This document shows positions 20,344 to 29,494 of a DNA stretch of 64,000 nt, one piece after another. The stretch is from an uncultured Gaiellaceae bacterium (GTDB lineage Bacteria; Actinomycetota; Thermoleophilia; Gaiellales; Gaiellaceae). A program made the position numbers and the translations under genes. Numbering within the stretch: the first letter of the stretch is position 1; each line of letters starts with the position of its first letter. The notes under the pieces are model-generated. The model saw only the letters and a program-made list of their open reading frames with translations. It was not told where the DNA came from and ran no database searches. The stretch is from the NCBI GenBank assembly GCA_963770715.1, contig CAVYQX010000010.1, positions 19,138 through 83,137 on the forward strand, given 5' to 3'.

Positions 20344-20936
20344 GGGCGATAGGGACATCGCCTCGCCGGCGCGTGCGTCGGAGCTTTATCGTCGCGTTCC
20401 TCGTCCTCATCCTCGCCGTTGCCGCAGTGGCATCGGGCTGCGGCGGCAGCGACGACGAGACGACGACCTCTACGGAGACTTCTGCCACCGCTGAGTGGGC
20501 TGACGGCCTGTGCGGTGCGATCAGCACCTGGAAGGGCGAGCTCTCGAGCATCGCGAACCAGTTCACCGACCCGTCCTCGCTCACGGAAGACGGGCTCCAA
20601 AGCGCTGCCGACGATGCGAAGGACGCGACCGACACGTTCCGCGACGACCTCGAAGGGCTCGGCACACCAGATACGGAGTCCGGCGAGGAGATCAAGTCCT
20701 CGGTCGACGAGCTCTCGACGACCGTCGAGACCGAGGTCGACTCCATCGAGACGGCGGTCAGCGACGTTTCCAGTCTTGCGGACGTGCCGACTGCAGTGAC
20801 GGCCGCCACGGCATCGATCGAGACGATGAACACTGCGCTCTCGTCCACGATCACCACGATCAAGGCTGTGGACGTACAGGGCGAGATCAAGGACGCGATC
20901 GACAACTCGCCCGATTGCGCGAGCGTCACGAGCTAG
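20340..20936 (+). CDS. Lipoprotein (signal peptide plus lipobox ASGC), Asp/Ser/Thr-rich helical
   Basis: GTG 20340 overlaps the DedA stop (GTGA). It has SFIVAFLVLILAVAAVASGCGGSDDE.... Confidence 0.6.
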   Translation: MRAIGTSPRRRVRRSFIVAFLVLILAVAAVASGCGGSDDETTTSTETSATAEWADGLCGAISTWKGELSSIANQFTDPSSLTEDGLQSAADDAKDATDTFRDDLEGLGTPDTESGEEIKSSVDELSTTVETEVDSIETAVSDVSSLADVPTAVTAATASIETMNTALSSTITTIKAVDVQGEIKDAIDNSPDCASVTS

Positions 20937-20993
20937 CACATCACGAGCAGGATTTGATACGCGTCAAGCGCGGAGGGAGGGGGCGCTACCCGT

Positions 20994-21257
20994 CTAGCGC
21001 CGCGACAGCTGGGGCCCGAAGAAGCGCTCTGCGCACCACGGGCAATAGACGAAGGTCTCCATGTAGTCCTCGTCCAACTCCTTGCCATGGAGTGCTCGCC
21101 AGCCCCGCGCTCGGTCGTCGGCCTCGCGCCCACACTCTTCGCAGCGGAGCCCTTCGAATGTCCCCCGATCAGGCTCCTCGTGGGAGTGCGTGCTCTCGTG
21201 GCGATGCGCGCTCACTGCGTGCACCATTCGTCGCTGGTGAACCAGAGGTCTCGGCAC
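20994..21257 (-). CDS. Small zinc-ribbon protein (hypothetical)
   Basis: ORF 87 aa with CEECG...CPWC cysteine pairs. Confidence 0.4.
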   Translation of the reverse strand: MPRPLVHQRRMVHAVSAHRHESTHSHEEPDRGTFEGLRCEECGREADDRARGWRALHGKELDEDYMETFVYCPWCAERFFGPQLSRR

Positions 21258-21613
21258 CAGCAGACGTCCATGTGATCTCGATGCATTGGGTTACACGGTG
21301 TCGCGCTGACAGGTAAGCGCCATCCGTAGAAGCCCCGATTCGCGTCTCGGGTAACGCGCACAAGCGCCGACGACATCCGGCGTGACAACTTTCCAACTAG
21401 GCACGTGTCTTTCCTCCGTTTGAACTACGCCGACAAGAGGACGGAGGGAGAGGCATGGCGTGCGTTCCCCCTCCATCCCTAGAGAGCGTGGCCCGACCTC
21501 GCCTTGCGCGATAGGACACGATTGGGTCATTCCGCGTGGCCCCCCCGACGATGCCGACGCTGGGCTGCCGCCTTGCTCGGACGCGCTTTCTGAACCGCGC
21601 TAGGGTCCCGCTT

Positions 21614-22321
21614 GTGTCGGACGAGCCCGAGCACTCGGACGACCAAGACAGCGAGGAGTCGGTAGCCGAGCTCGTCGAGCAACTCGGGCGAGACGCGAGT
21701 CGACTGGCGTTGCGCGAAGCCGCGCTCGGTGCGTCGCGGCGTGTCCCGGAGCCCCGCCGGGTGGCTCTTGCTGCTGCGGCGGTGATCGTCCTCGTGCTGG
21801 CCTTCGCCGCCGCGTTCGCGCTGGCGAACTGGGCTGCCGTGAGCGGTCTCTCCTCCATCCTTCCAACCTGGCTCGCGGCGCTCGTCATGGCGGGGTGCTG
21901 GCTTGCCGTCGGCACCGTGCTCATCGTCGCGCTCGTCCGCAGAATCGGAGATTCCTCGAGCGTCATGTGGTGGCGGATGATCGGCGCAGACCGTCCCGAA
22001 GCTGTGCGCACGATTCAAGAGTCGCGTGACGAGGCGGAGCAGGCGCTACGCGACACGTTCGATCGCCTCTCCGGTGCCGTTGTCCATGCTGCCGCGGGCC
22101 AGGTCGCGGACGCAGTCGAGTCGCTGGGGGACGCCGCGGCTGAGGTGGGCAACGAGCTCCTTGAGGCCTCCGAAGAGATCATCGACGGGATCGAGGAGCA
22201 GTTGCCTGCCGGCGGTGCGGTTCTCAATCAGGTGGTCGACATCGTCCTCTTTCCGGGGCGCCTTGGCCTGAGGATCGCGACCACGGTCTTGAGGGGGGAT
22301 TCGAAGGCGACATCGAGCTAG
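21614..22321 (+). CDS. Holin-X / DUF1469-like membrane protein with C-terminal helical tail
   Basis: ORF 21536..22321; GTG 21614. It has SVAELVEQLGRDASRLALRE followed by two TM helices (VALAAAAVIVLVLAFAAAFALANW; LAALVMAGCWLAVGTVLIVALV). Confidence 0.55.
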   Translation: MSDEPEHSDDQDSEESVAELVEQLGRDASRLALREAALGASRRVPEPRRVALAAAAVIVLVLAFAAAFALANWAAVSGLSSILPTWLAALVMAGCWLAVGTVLIVALVRRIGDSSSVMWWRMIGADRPEAVRTIQESRDEAEQALRDTFDRLSGAVVHAAAGQVADAVESLGDAAAEVGNELLEASEEIIDGIEEQLPAGGAVLNQVVDIVLFPGRLGLRIATTVLRGDSKATSS

Positions 22322-22470
22322 CAACGCGGAGAATCCCTCGGCGACGGACTCATCGAGATCCACCCCTGCGGCGAACTCTGGGAGACGACGGTCAAGCGGA
22401 GACAGATCGTGCGCGAGGGTGCTCAGCTCAAGTTGCCGATGCCCGCGGAGTAGGCGCCCTTCCTGGGTAT

Positions 22471-22590
22471 CACCGGGGTATGCACCGCACGCGACTTCAG
22501 GGCATCCCCGGCACACCTGAACCGCATACCTAAGCCAACTTCGCTCAACAATGCGGCCCCAAAAGGCCCATACGGGGCTTGAACACTCCT
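22471..22590 (+). repeat. REP-X copy 1 (~120 bp); a partial second head follows at 22617-22653 (GTGTGCACGGGGGTGTGCACC)
   Basis: Aligns by eye at roughly 80% with 25131-25256. Shared core ...GAACCGCATASCTAAGC...CCCCARAAGGCCCATACGGGG.... Confidence 0.7.
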
Positions 22591-22780
22591 GGTAATCGCG
22601 ATTTTCTGCGCTCAGGGTGTGCACGGGGGTGTGCACCGTGAGAGCACGTGCGGTCACGTTTTTCCATTCCTCGCCGCCACAACTCACGGAGAGTGGAACC
22701 ATCGCGGAGTCAATCTCGACGCCCTGGATTCGGGTCTGCGGTGCGCTCCTGGGTCGTGGTCGATGTCGAACCACATCGCG

Positions 22781-22945
22781 AACCCGTGGAACCGCGGCGG
22801 GTGGGTTCTGGAGGCGGCAGCCCAACAGAGCCAGCCCGCCGCAGTTGGGGCCACCCTCTCACAAACCCGTGGAGCCGCAGCGGGCGGGTTCCGAGGGTCA
22901 TTCGGGGGACAAAGGACCCCCCGCCCGCCGCAGTAGAGCCACCCT
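22781..22945 (+). repeat. Two tandem ~83-bp units rich in internal dyads
   Basis: Unit 1 is 22781-22858 and unit 2 is 22864-22945. Each runs AACCCGTGGARCCGCRGCGGGYGGGTTC ... CCCGCCGCAGTWGRGCCACCCT. GCGGCGGG/CCCGCCGC can pair within each unit. Confidence 0.7.
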
Positions 22946-22975
22946 TACACATTCGACCTGAGCGCGAGGTGAACG

Positions 22976-23890
22976 ATGGCAACAGTTGAGAAAGACGAGC
23001 TGCGAGGACTCGATGACGGGTCGCTGCGACGGATTGCCAAGCAGGCTCGGGACCGCTTCCGCGCCCTCGCGGACGCTCCCGACCCGGGCGTGCCCGAAGA
23101 GCGCGAGCGCATCCTCGAGGAGATCCAGGAGCAGGGCTCGCTCGCGCAGGCCGCGAGTGGCGAGTTACAGCAGCGCGAAACGAGGCGCTCGATGGACGCC
23201 CACAAGCACGCGCAGGCCGAGCGCTGGGCGTCCTCGGACGAGAACCGCCGCCCCGGCGAGGCCGCGAAGAAGGCGCTCTGGCTCCTTCGGAATACCTTGC
23301 CGCCCCCGCTCACGCGAGAGGACTTCAGGTTCGACCGGCTGAGCGACAAGGAGGGCGGCGAACTGTTGACGCTCACGCGGGAGGTATTCGCCCGGGGCTC
23401 GCTCCCGGGTCGAGGAAGTGGCGGCGCTTCGAGGAGCTGCTCGAGAAGTGCGCGGATCGTCCTGGGGCGATCGAGGCCGCGCGCACCCCCGCCGCCGTGC
23501 CCGCCTTTGCCGGAGATGCTCACGCGGGACGTGGCCCTGCCGAGCTATCTGCTCGCATGGATCGTGGCCGACCCCAGAAAGACCGGGCTGGATTCTCTCC
23601 GTGTCGGCGTTCTCTGGAAGATCGTGGCGGGGCTGGAGAACCGGCAGCCGGTCCTCGTCGGCTCACGCATCGAAGAGGTGGACGGCGAGCCGTACATGGT
23701 CGTCGCGTCGACGGATCGGCTGCGCGTCGATGCCGGCGACGGCAGCCTTGCCCAACCCGAGGCGCTGCGCTACCTCGCTGCCCAGGGGCTCCTCGTGGTG
23801 CAGCGCAAGGAGGGCGAGATCCACGTTGGGCTCGGGCCGAAGCTGCGGAAGTTTCGAGACGCGGAAGGAGGTGACAACGATGGGAACTGA
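22976..23890 (+). pseudogene. Hypothetical phage/plasmid-like protein; probably two internal frame breaks (~23410, ~23500)
   Basis: ORF 304 aa (MATVEKDELRGLDDGSLRRIAKQARDRF...). The middle looks better in another frame (KWRRFEELLEKCADRPGAIEAARTPAA). The C-terminus (LLAWIVADPRKTGLDSLRVGVLWKIV...ALRYLAAQGLLVVQRKEGEIHVGLGPKL) has no motif I recognise. Confidence 0.4.
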
Positions 23891-24071
23891 GACCAAGAAC
23901 CTCCCCGTTACGGAGGCCGAGGCAAGGCTCGCGGCGCAACTCGAGCCGCGCTCGGAAGGCGCGAGCGGCGCTCGGGGTGTCGATCAGAACTACGAGCAGG
24001 CATTCGAGGAGCAGGTCGGGCTGGAGAACGTGTACCAGTCCGGGCACGACGGACCAACCACCAAGAGCTAA
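23880..24071 (+). CDS. Hypothetical small protein (63 aa)
   Basis: ATG 23880 overlaps the previous stop: MGTETKNLPVTEAEARLAAQLEP.... Confidence 0.3.
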   Translation: MGTETKNLPVTEAEARLAAQLEPRSEGASGARGVDQNYEQAFEEQVGLENVYQSGHDGPTTKS

Positions 24072-24086
24072 CGGACACGCGGCGCG

Positions 24087-24338
24087 GTGGCGGTCGCGGA
24101 GGCGAAGACGTGGCAGGAGCCCGTAGAGACGGCAGTCGTTCGCTGTCCCTCGTGTCTCGGGTTGCGCACCCTCGCTCGCAACCGCGACTCCGCCGCCCTC
24201 TGCCCGGACTGCCGCCGAGGCGAGGTCGTGCCCCGCGAGACCTACCACGCCTGGTGGCTCGAACGCTTCAGCGCTGAGGAGTGCGCGGCGATGGCTCGCT
24301 CGATCTGGGGCGCCGGTCAGCATCTCAACCTGCCATAG
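24087..24338 (+). CDS. Small zinc-ribbon protein (hypothetical, phage-like)
   Basis: ORF 83 aa with CPSC...CPDC. Confidence 0.45.
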   Translation: MAVAEAKTWQEPVETAVVRCPSCLGLRTLARNRDSAALCPDCRRGEVVPRETYHAWWLERFSAEECAAMARSIWGAGQHLNLP

Positions 24339-24345
24339 TCGAGTT

Positions 24346-24558
24346 GTGGCCGAGGCGAGGAGCTATCACACCGTGTGGCTCACTTTGAAGGACTCGGATA
24401 CGGTCGACGAGTTCTACAAATACCGCGGCGAGACACTTCCCAAGGCAGGCGAGGTCATCGACGTCGTCCGCTTCCTGCGCGATCGCCCTACTCGTGCTCG
24501 CGTGACCCGCGTCGATGCCCTCCTCCAGCCCCGGATCTCTGCCATCCAGATCGATTAG
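24346..24558 (+). CDS. Hypothetical small protein (70 aa)
   Basis: ORF with G/C-rich third positions. Confidence 0.35.
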   Translation: MAEARSYHTVWLTLKDSDTVDEFYKYRGETLPKAGEVIDVVRFLRDRPTRARVTRVDALLQPRISAIQID

Positions 24559-24683
24559 CTCGGCCGCGGTGGGGAAAGGCGGCTCAGGATGACGGACAAC
24601 CCTTGCGATAGCCACCCCGCGCTCGGCCGAGCGCGGGCCGTACCGCTTGTCGCAGAGGTTCTCGGCGTAGAATCCTGCCAAAC

Positions 24684-24971
24684 GTGACGACGCGAGAGGA
24701 CATTGCCAGTGTCGCCGCGCAGTTGGCCGAGCTCACCCACACGGTCGAGGCGATGGCGAAAGATCTCCAAGCGATGACGACAGATCTCAAGGCGATGACC
24801 GAGCGCGCTGATCGCCAACAAGCGCGCGCTGACAGCCAGCAGGAGCTCGTTGACCACCAACAAGAGCGCGCGCAAACGCAGCAAGAGCGCATCGACCTAG
24901 CTGCACGAGAACTAGCGGACGTCAGTGATCGTCTACAAGCCGCGGCGAACGCGCTTCGAGATTCGATCTGA
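24684..24971 (+). CDS. Coiled-coil protein (hypothetical)
   Basis: ORF 95 aa; heptad-like, Q/E/R-rich (DLQAMTTDLKAMTERADRQQARADSQQELVDHQQERAQTQQERIDL). Confidence 0.45.
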   Translation: MTTREDIASVAAQLAELTHTVEAMAKDLQAMTTDLKAMTERADRQQARADSQQELVDHQQERAQTQQERIDLAARELADVSDRLQAAANALRDSI

Positions 24972-25130
24972 TCGTTCGGGACTTCGGACCGGCAGATGAT
25001 GCACCGCGACCCGCGAACCGGATGCGAGGCAGGGGAGTAGAGGCATGAGGGCGTGGCCCCAGATTCTGTTGGGTCAGGGGCCAGCCGTCATCCACATCCC
25101 CTGAGGCCGTTCGGGACGTGTCCTTTCGAG

Positions 25131-25256
25131 GTGTGCACCGGGGTGTGCACCACACGAGCATTCGGGACACTCCCTGCACACATGAACCGCATAGCTAAGC
25201 GAAATCGGCTTAGCCATACGCCCCCAGAAGGCCCATACGGGGTTCATACCTCCCTG
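25131..25256 (+). repeat. REP-X copy 2; followed by GCGATGGGGGAACCGGTGGGGGGAC at 25276-25301
   Basis: Starts with direct repeat GTGTGCACC GGG GTGTGCACC. It contains the perfect hairpin GCTAAGC gaaatcg GCTTAGC and the AAGGCCCATACGGGG core. Confidence 0.7.
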
Positions 25257-25380
25257 CAAACGGCACATTCTCGCGGGCGATGGGGGAACCGGTGGGGGGA
25301 CAGGGCGCGGGCCCTGCCCCCTTCTGTCAGGCCAGGATGAGTGTGTCATCCGGTCAGACCACGCTTAGGCTCCGTGAGCG

Positions 25381-25965
25381 GTGCGCGACTATCACTTCAC
25401 GCCGGAGAGCTACTTGACGATGATGCGTGAGGCCGTACCCGGTTACGACCGCTTGGAGGACGAGACCTTGACCGCGACGGGTGTCGGTGCCAAGTCGGTT
25501 CTCGAGCTCGGAACCGGGACGGGTGAGACGGCCCGGCGAGTTCTCAACCGTCACCCCGACGCGCAGCTAATCGGCATCGACGCGAGTCCCGGAATGGTCA
25601 AGGTGGCCCGTGCCAGCCTGCCTGCCGATCGAGTCAAGCTGCTCGTAGGGCGACTCGAGGATCCCTTGCCGGAAGGGTCCTTCGACCTCGTCGTATCGGC
25701 TCTTGCAGTTCATCACCTCGAAGGCACAGGCAAGGCTGATCTCTTCCGACGCATCGCCAGCAATCTCGACCCGGCCGGCCGTTTCGTCCTCGCCGACGTG
25801 GTTGAGCCTGTCAATCCCTCGTACGTTGTGACGGCAATTGACCCTGAGGTCGATCACCCCTCCAAGCTCGATGAGCAGCTCGCCTGGCTGGAAGCCGCGG
25901 GTCTGTTCCCGGAGGTCACCTGGACTCACCGAGATCTCGTGGTGATAGTGGGCAGCCCGGGCTAG
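25381..25965 (+). CDS. Class I SAM-dependent methyltransferase
   Basis: ORF 194 aa; motif I VLELGTGTGE, then LIGIDASPGMV, and DLVVSALAVHHL. Confidence 0.8.
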   Translation: MRDYHFTPESYLTMMREAVPGYDRLEDETLTATGVGAKSVLELGTGTGETARRVLNRHPDAQLIGIDASPGMVKVARASLPADRVKLLVGRLEDPLPEGSFDLVVSALAVHHLEGTGKADLFRRIASNLDPAGRFVLADVVEPVNPSYVVTAIDPEVDHPSKLDEQLAWLEAAGLFPEVTWTHRDLVVIVGSPG

Positions 25966-26040
25966 GGCTCAGGCGGAATGACAGCAGGCTGTGCGAGCGT
26001 GCGGGAATGACGCTTGAAGGCGACGCAACGGCTCGTTATC

Positions 26041-26075
26041 GTCGCCGCTAGCTCAGTTGGCAGAACTGCGGACTT
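26041..26075 (+). other. 5' half of a tRNA (Lys-like): acceptor strand, D-arm and start of the anticodon arm only
   Basis: GTCGCCGC TA GCTCAGTTGGCAGAAC TGCGGACTT, then unrelated sequence. No T-arm or 3' acceptor strand follows. Confidence 0.5.
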
Positions 26076-26110
26076 CCCGCGGCCCACTACCCGCCTATCT
26101 GGAGGTCACA

Positions 26111-26659
26111 GTGAGCGATACCGGTAACGGCAAGGTGGTCGTTAACAGGGCGATGTCGCTTGACGGCTTCATCGCCGGTCCCGGCGATTCGATGGATTGG
26201 GGTCCAACCCTCCTGCCGCCGGACGATGTCGCAGCGATTGCGGCGGAAACCGGAGCCATGCTCGTGGGTCGCCGGACCTGGGACGTCGGCGACAAAATGA
26301 AAGCGGAGGATCCCGGCAGTACTGACTACCCCTTCTCCGGGGCGATGTTCCTCCTCAGCCATAGGCCACTGGATCCGCCGGATCCTGGGGTGAGTGTCCT
26401 CAGCGGTGACATCGGTGATGCGGTCGCCACGGCGCTGGACGCCGCGGGCGGCAAGAACTTGGAGATCTTGGGCGCCGTCGTTGCGGCCCAGTGCTTCCAG
26501 CGGGGACTCGTCGACGAGGTCCTGGTCTATGTACTGCCGGTGCTGCTCGGCGACGGCGTTCGCTTCTCTGCTCCGGGCATGACAAGAACAGAGCTGGAAC
26601 CGCTCAGCAGCAGAGGGTCAGGAGACACGACCATCCTCCGGTTCCGCGTCCGCAAGTAG
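26111..26659 (+). CDS. Dihydrofolate-reductase-like (RibD C-terminal domain) family protein
   Basis: ORF 26057..26659; GTG 26111. It has KVVVNRAMSLDGFIAGPGDSMDW...MLVGRRTWD...LVDEVLVYVLPVLLGDGVRF. Confidence 0.75.
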   Translation: MSDTGNGKVVVNRAMSLDGFIAGPGDSMDWGPTLLPPDDVAAIAAETGAMLVGRRTWDVGDKMKAEDPGSTDYPFSGAMFLLSHRPLDPPDPGVSVLSGDIGDAVATALDAAGGKNLEILGAVVAAQCFQRGLVDEVLVYVLPVLLGDGVRFSAPGMTRTELEPLSSRGSGDTTILRFRVRK

Positions 26660-26760
26660 TGATCTGTCCGACCAAGGAAACAGAAATCATCGGTTGGGCC
26701 GGAAACCTCCGCTCGGGTGTGCGAGCGTCCTCTCGCCGGAGAACGGATTCAGTGGACTCT

Positions 26761-27840
26761 TTACGCCACCCTGAGCTGGGCGGCGGGAGTGCGAAGCCGC
26801 TCGGCGATCACGCGCTCGTAGTCGACCTCGCGCTCGTCCATGAGCACGTGCGTGTACGTGTCGGCCAGCACCCTCGCCGAGCGGTTTCCGACGAGCTCGG
26901 CGATCTCGGCCCAGGAGTAGCCCCGCGCGTGGAGGAGCGAGATGCGCCGGTGCTTGAGGTCGTGCGGCGACCAGAGCGGCGTCCCCGTTGCCCGGCAGGC
27001 CTTGTTGATCGCCGTCCGCATCGCGTTCGACTTCACGCCCGGGAACAGGGGCGCGGAGAGGTCGCGGTCGTCGCGCGGAGGCAGGGAACGCTCGATGGCG
27101 TCGGCCAGAGCGGGCGGCACTTCGCGCCAATGCGCCCGCCGCGTCTTCGTCGTTTCGGCCCGGGCTCGCACGCGGCTTCGGGCTGCATCCCAGTCGCCCA
27201 CGGTCACCTTGTCGACTCCGGCCGTCACGCGGTGCGCTGACCAGTCGAGCCAGAGCACGGGAAGCACGTACTTCGCGGGGATGACCCAGAGCGGGGCCTC
27301 GACGTGATCGGCGGTCGGCGGGTCGATCTGCTCGGGCTCCTCGCGGGGGAGCTTGACCTTCGGGCTCCGCGCCGGGTTCGGCTGTACGCCCACGAAGTCG
27401 AGCACCTGGGCGAGCGTGCTCTTGGTCTTGCGGATCGACTCACGGTCGAGCCCCTCGCCGTCGGCGTGGAGCTCGTTGACGAACGCCTGCACGTCCTCGG
27501 TCGTGAGCGCGGCGGTGGGCCTCGTCCCCAGCACCGGCAGGATGCGACCCAGGTTCACCGCGTAGGTCTTGTCCGTCCCCTCGGCCACGTCGATGCGCGA
27601 TGCCCGCCACCGCTCGGCGTCCTCGGTGAGCGTGTTCGCCAGTGTGGGCTCGGGCTCGACCAAGTGCAGGTCGGGGACGCGGAGCGCCGCGAGCTCGCCC
27701 CTGATCCACGCGGCCCTGACGTTCGCGTCGGCCTTGCGCGGGAAGGAGCCGCCATAACGGCCCCGGCCGCCGAGCGTCCACTTGACCCGGTAGCGGGTCT
27801 TCCCCAGCGGGGTCGTGAAGGTTTCGACCCAGGCGCTCAT
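26761..27840 (-). CDS. Tyrosine recombinase / phage-type integrase
   Basis: Intact 359-aa ORF. It has an N-terminal SAM-like region and a catalytic C-terminus ...WSPHDLKHRRISLLHARG...LADTYTHVL (H-x-x-R ... Y). Confidence 0.9.
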   Translation of the reverse strand: MSAWVETFTTPLGKTRYRVKWTLGGRGRYGGSFPRKADANVRAAWIRGELAALRVPDLHLVEPEPTLANTLTEDAERWRASRIDVAEGTDKTYAVNLGRILPVLGTRPTAALTTEDVQAFVNELHADGEGLDRESIRKTKSTLAQVLDFVGVQPNPARSPKVKLPREEPEQIDPPTADHVEAPLWVIPAKYVLPVLWLDWSAHRVTAGVDKVTVGDWDAARSRVRARAETTKTRRAHWREVPPALADAIERSLPPRDDRDLSAPLFPGVKSNAMRTAINKACRATGTPLWSPHDLKHRRISLLHARGYSWAEIAELVGNRSARVLADTYTHVLMDEREVDYERVIAERLRTPAAQLRVA

Positions 27841-28032
27841 CGACGGGCGGTCCCGGGTCGTCGTAGGGTTCTCATGCGGTCAGGCCTCCTTGCAGGTCTG
27901 CTCCGAAGTCCGAGCTGGGGTCGTTGACGCGGCCCCGCTCGGGCGCTCCCTTGAACGCCTGCTGAGTATGACTCACGACCTCCGCCTGTCTCGCTGCGTG
28001 GGCCGAACGCGGTCGCTGCAGCGGTCGCAGTA

Positions 28033-28269
28033 GGGCGAAAGATCGCTTTCCGGAGCACACGAAACGGCAACAGGGATATCTACGTCATGAACGCCGACGG
28101 GAGCGGCAAGCGGAACCTCACACGAAACGCGGCGTGGGACAGCCGCCCGTCGTGGTCACCGGATGGCCGAAAGATCGCGTTCGTCAGCAACCGCGACGGG
28201 CGTCTCGAGGCTCACGTCATGAACGCCGACGGGAGCGGTCAGCGGAGTCTGGCGCTCCAGGAGAGATGA
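28033..28269 (+). pseudogene. Fragment of a TolB-like PD40 beta-propeller repeat protein
   Basis: GRKIAFRSTRNGNRDIYVMNADGSGKRNLTRNAAWDSRPSWSPDGRKIAFVSNRDGRLEAHVMNADGSGQRSL: two repeats only, with no N-terminus. Confidence 0.55.
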
Positions 28270-28553
28270 GGGAGGTCGCTGCGGGAGCGTCCCGTCGCCC
28301 GAGCGGACTAGGGCTCTCGAGCTCGGGCCGACGCCCTCGGACTGCGGCGGCGACGAGGAGGGAGAGCTCCACGACTCGAACCCTACGACGACCGGCTGGC
28401 GACCTTGCTCAGACTGACCGTTGCCATGACGTGAGCGATGTGGGCGACGATCACCTCGGCCGCAGCGAGCTCGTAGGCCGGCGGCTGGTCGTCGTCGCGC
28501 TGCTCGTCGTCGCGGGCAGCGTCCTGGTGGGCGCGACCCGCTGAGGTCTCACC

Positions 28554-29084
28554 TCACGCTCGTTCCGGCGCGTAGCGAAGCAGCACCACACCCGAGTCGT
28601 ATGTCTCCGTCCCGAGCAGCCTCAGCCGGAGCTTCTCCTCCTCCCAGAACGGCCGCTCGCCCTTGCCCCAGACGGCCGGGTGCACCGAGAACCAGAACTC
28701 GTCGACGAGGCCGGCCGCGAGGAGATTCCGCGTGAGCTCGCCGCAGCCGTTCGTGATCAGGTGTCCGTCGCGCTCCGCCTTCAGCTTTGCCACGGCGTCC
28801 TCGAGCTCGCCTTTCAGCAGCGTCGCGTTCCAGGTCAGGGGCTCCTGCAGCGTGCGCGAAGCGACGAACTTCGGCATGGGGTTGAGCAGGTCCGCCCACT
28901 CTCCTTCCGCCGCCATCCAGTAGGCGGCGAGCCCTTCGTAGTTCTTGCGCCCGTACAGCAGCGCCGTGTCGCCCTTGAACAGCCGCAGCGACGCCTCCAT
29001 GTGGTCGCCTTCGGGCACGAACCACTCCTCGACGGTCATGACGCCGTCGACCGTCATGGCCGTCAAGACGATCAGTCTGCTCAT
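28554..29084 (-). CDS. Dihydrofolate-reductase-like (RibD C-terminal domain) family protein, second copy
   Basis: ORF 176 aa: MSRLIVLTAMTVDGVM...LLYGRKNYEGLAAYW...LVDEFWFSVHPAVWGKGERPF. Confidence 0.8.
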   Translation of the reverse strand: MSRLIVLTAMTVDGVMTVEEWFVPEGDHMEASLRLFKGDTALLYGRKNYEGLAAYWMAAEGEWADLLNPMPKFVASRTLQEPLTWNATLLKGELEDAVAKLKAERDGHLITNGCGELTRNLLAAGLVDEFWFSVHPAVWGKGERPFWEEEKLRLRLLGTETYDSGVVLLRYAPERA

Positions 29085-29150
29085 CGCTCCTCCTGGGGGT
29101 GCTCGTCTTTTCGATTAGACACTTCCTTGGACGCCTCGGAAGCCTGGAAT

Positions 29151-29390
29151 TCATCGCCGGCCCTGGCTGGAAGCAGGGCGCCTCGGTCGCGCACTTGAAC
29201 ACGTCGTCCCAGATGTCCGAGCCGGGGTAGCGGAACACCAGGAAGCCGACACGACTGCAAGGAGGTTGAAGCCTTCGAGGGCCTCGGCGTCGAGCGAGCC
29301 CTTCGGGATCGGGTACGCCCGCTCGCGCTTCTCGACCTCCCCCGCCCAGCGTGTCGCGCTCTTCTCGAAACGGTCTGCGGCGTCGTCCAT
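29151..29390 (-). pseudogene. Hypothetical protein, disrupted (frame break near 29255; true 3' end unclear)
   Basis: MDDAADRFEKSATRWAGEVEKRERAYPIPKGSLDAEALEGFN, then a plausible continuation VGFLVFRYPGSDIWDDVFKC in another frame. Confidence 0.25.
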
Positions 29391-29494
29391 CGTCGCGATC
29401 GTAAGCGGGCCTAGATCGGCATGCTCCACTCGGCGGGTATCTGGGTCCCCGCCCGGAGCTCGCAGGCCGTGACGAGGCGGGGGAGAGCGAGAAA

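Noticed and set aside
22781-22945. Possible CRISPR array (also considered for 33837-33912 and 54981-55667)
   Set aside because: There are only two or three units, and they are contiguous or separated by homologous rather than unique spacers. Unit lengths of 83, 33-39 and ~300 bp are not CRISPR-like. No cas genes are present.
27837-28070. An excisionase/Xis gene upstream of the integrase (ORFs 27837-28070 and 27872-28060, minus)
   Set aside because: Neither translation shows a helix-turn-helix-like segment, and both are Arg/Pro/Gly-rich. Nothing supports the call beyond position.
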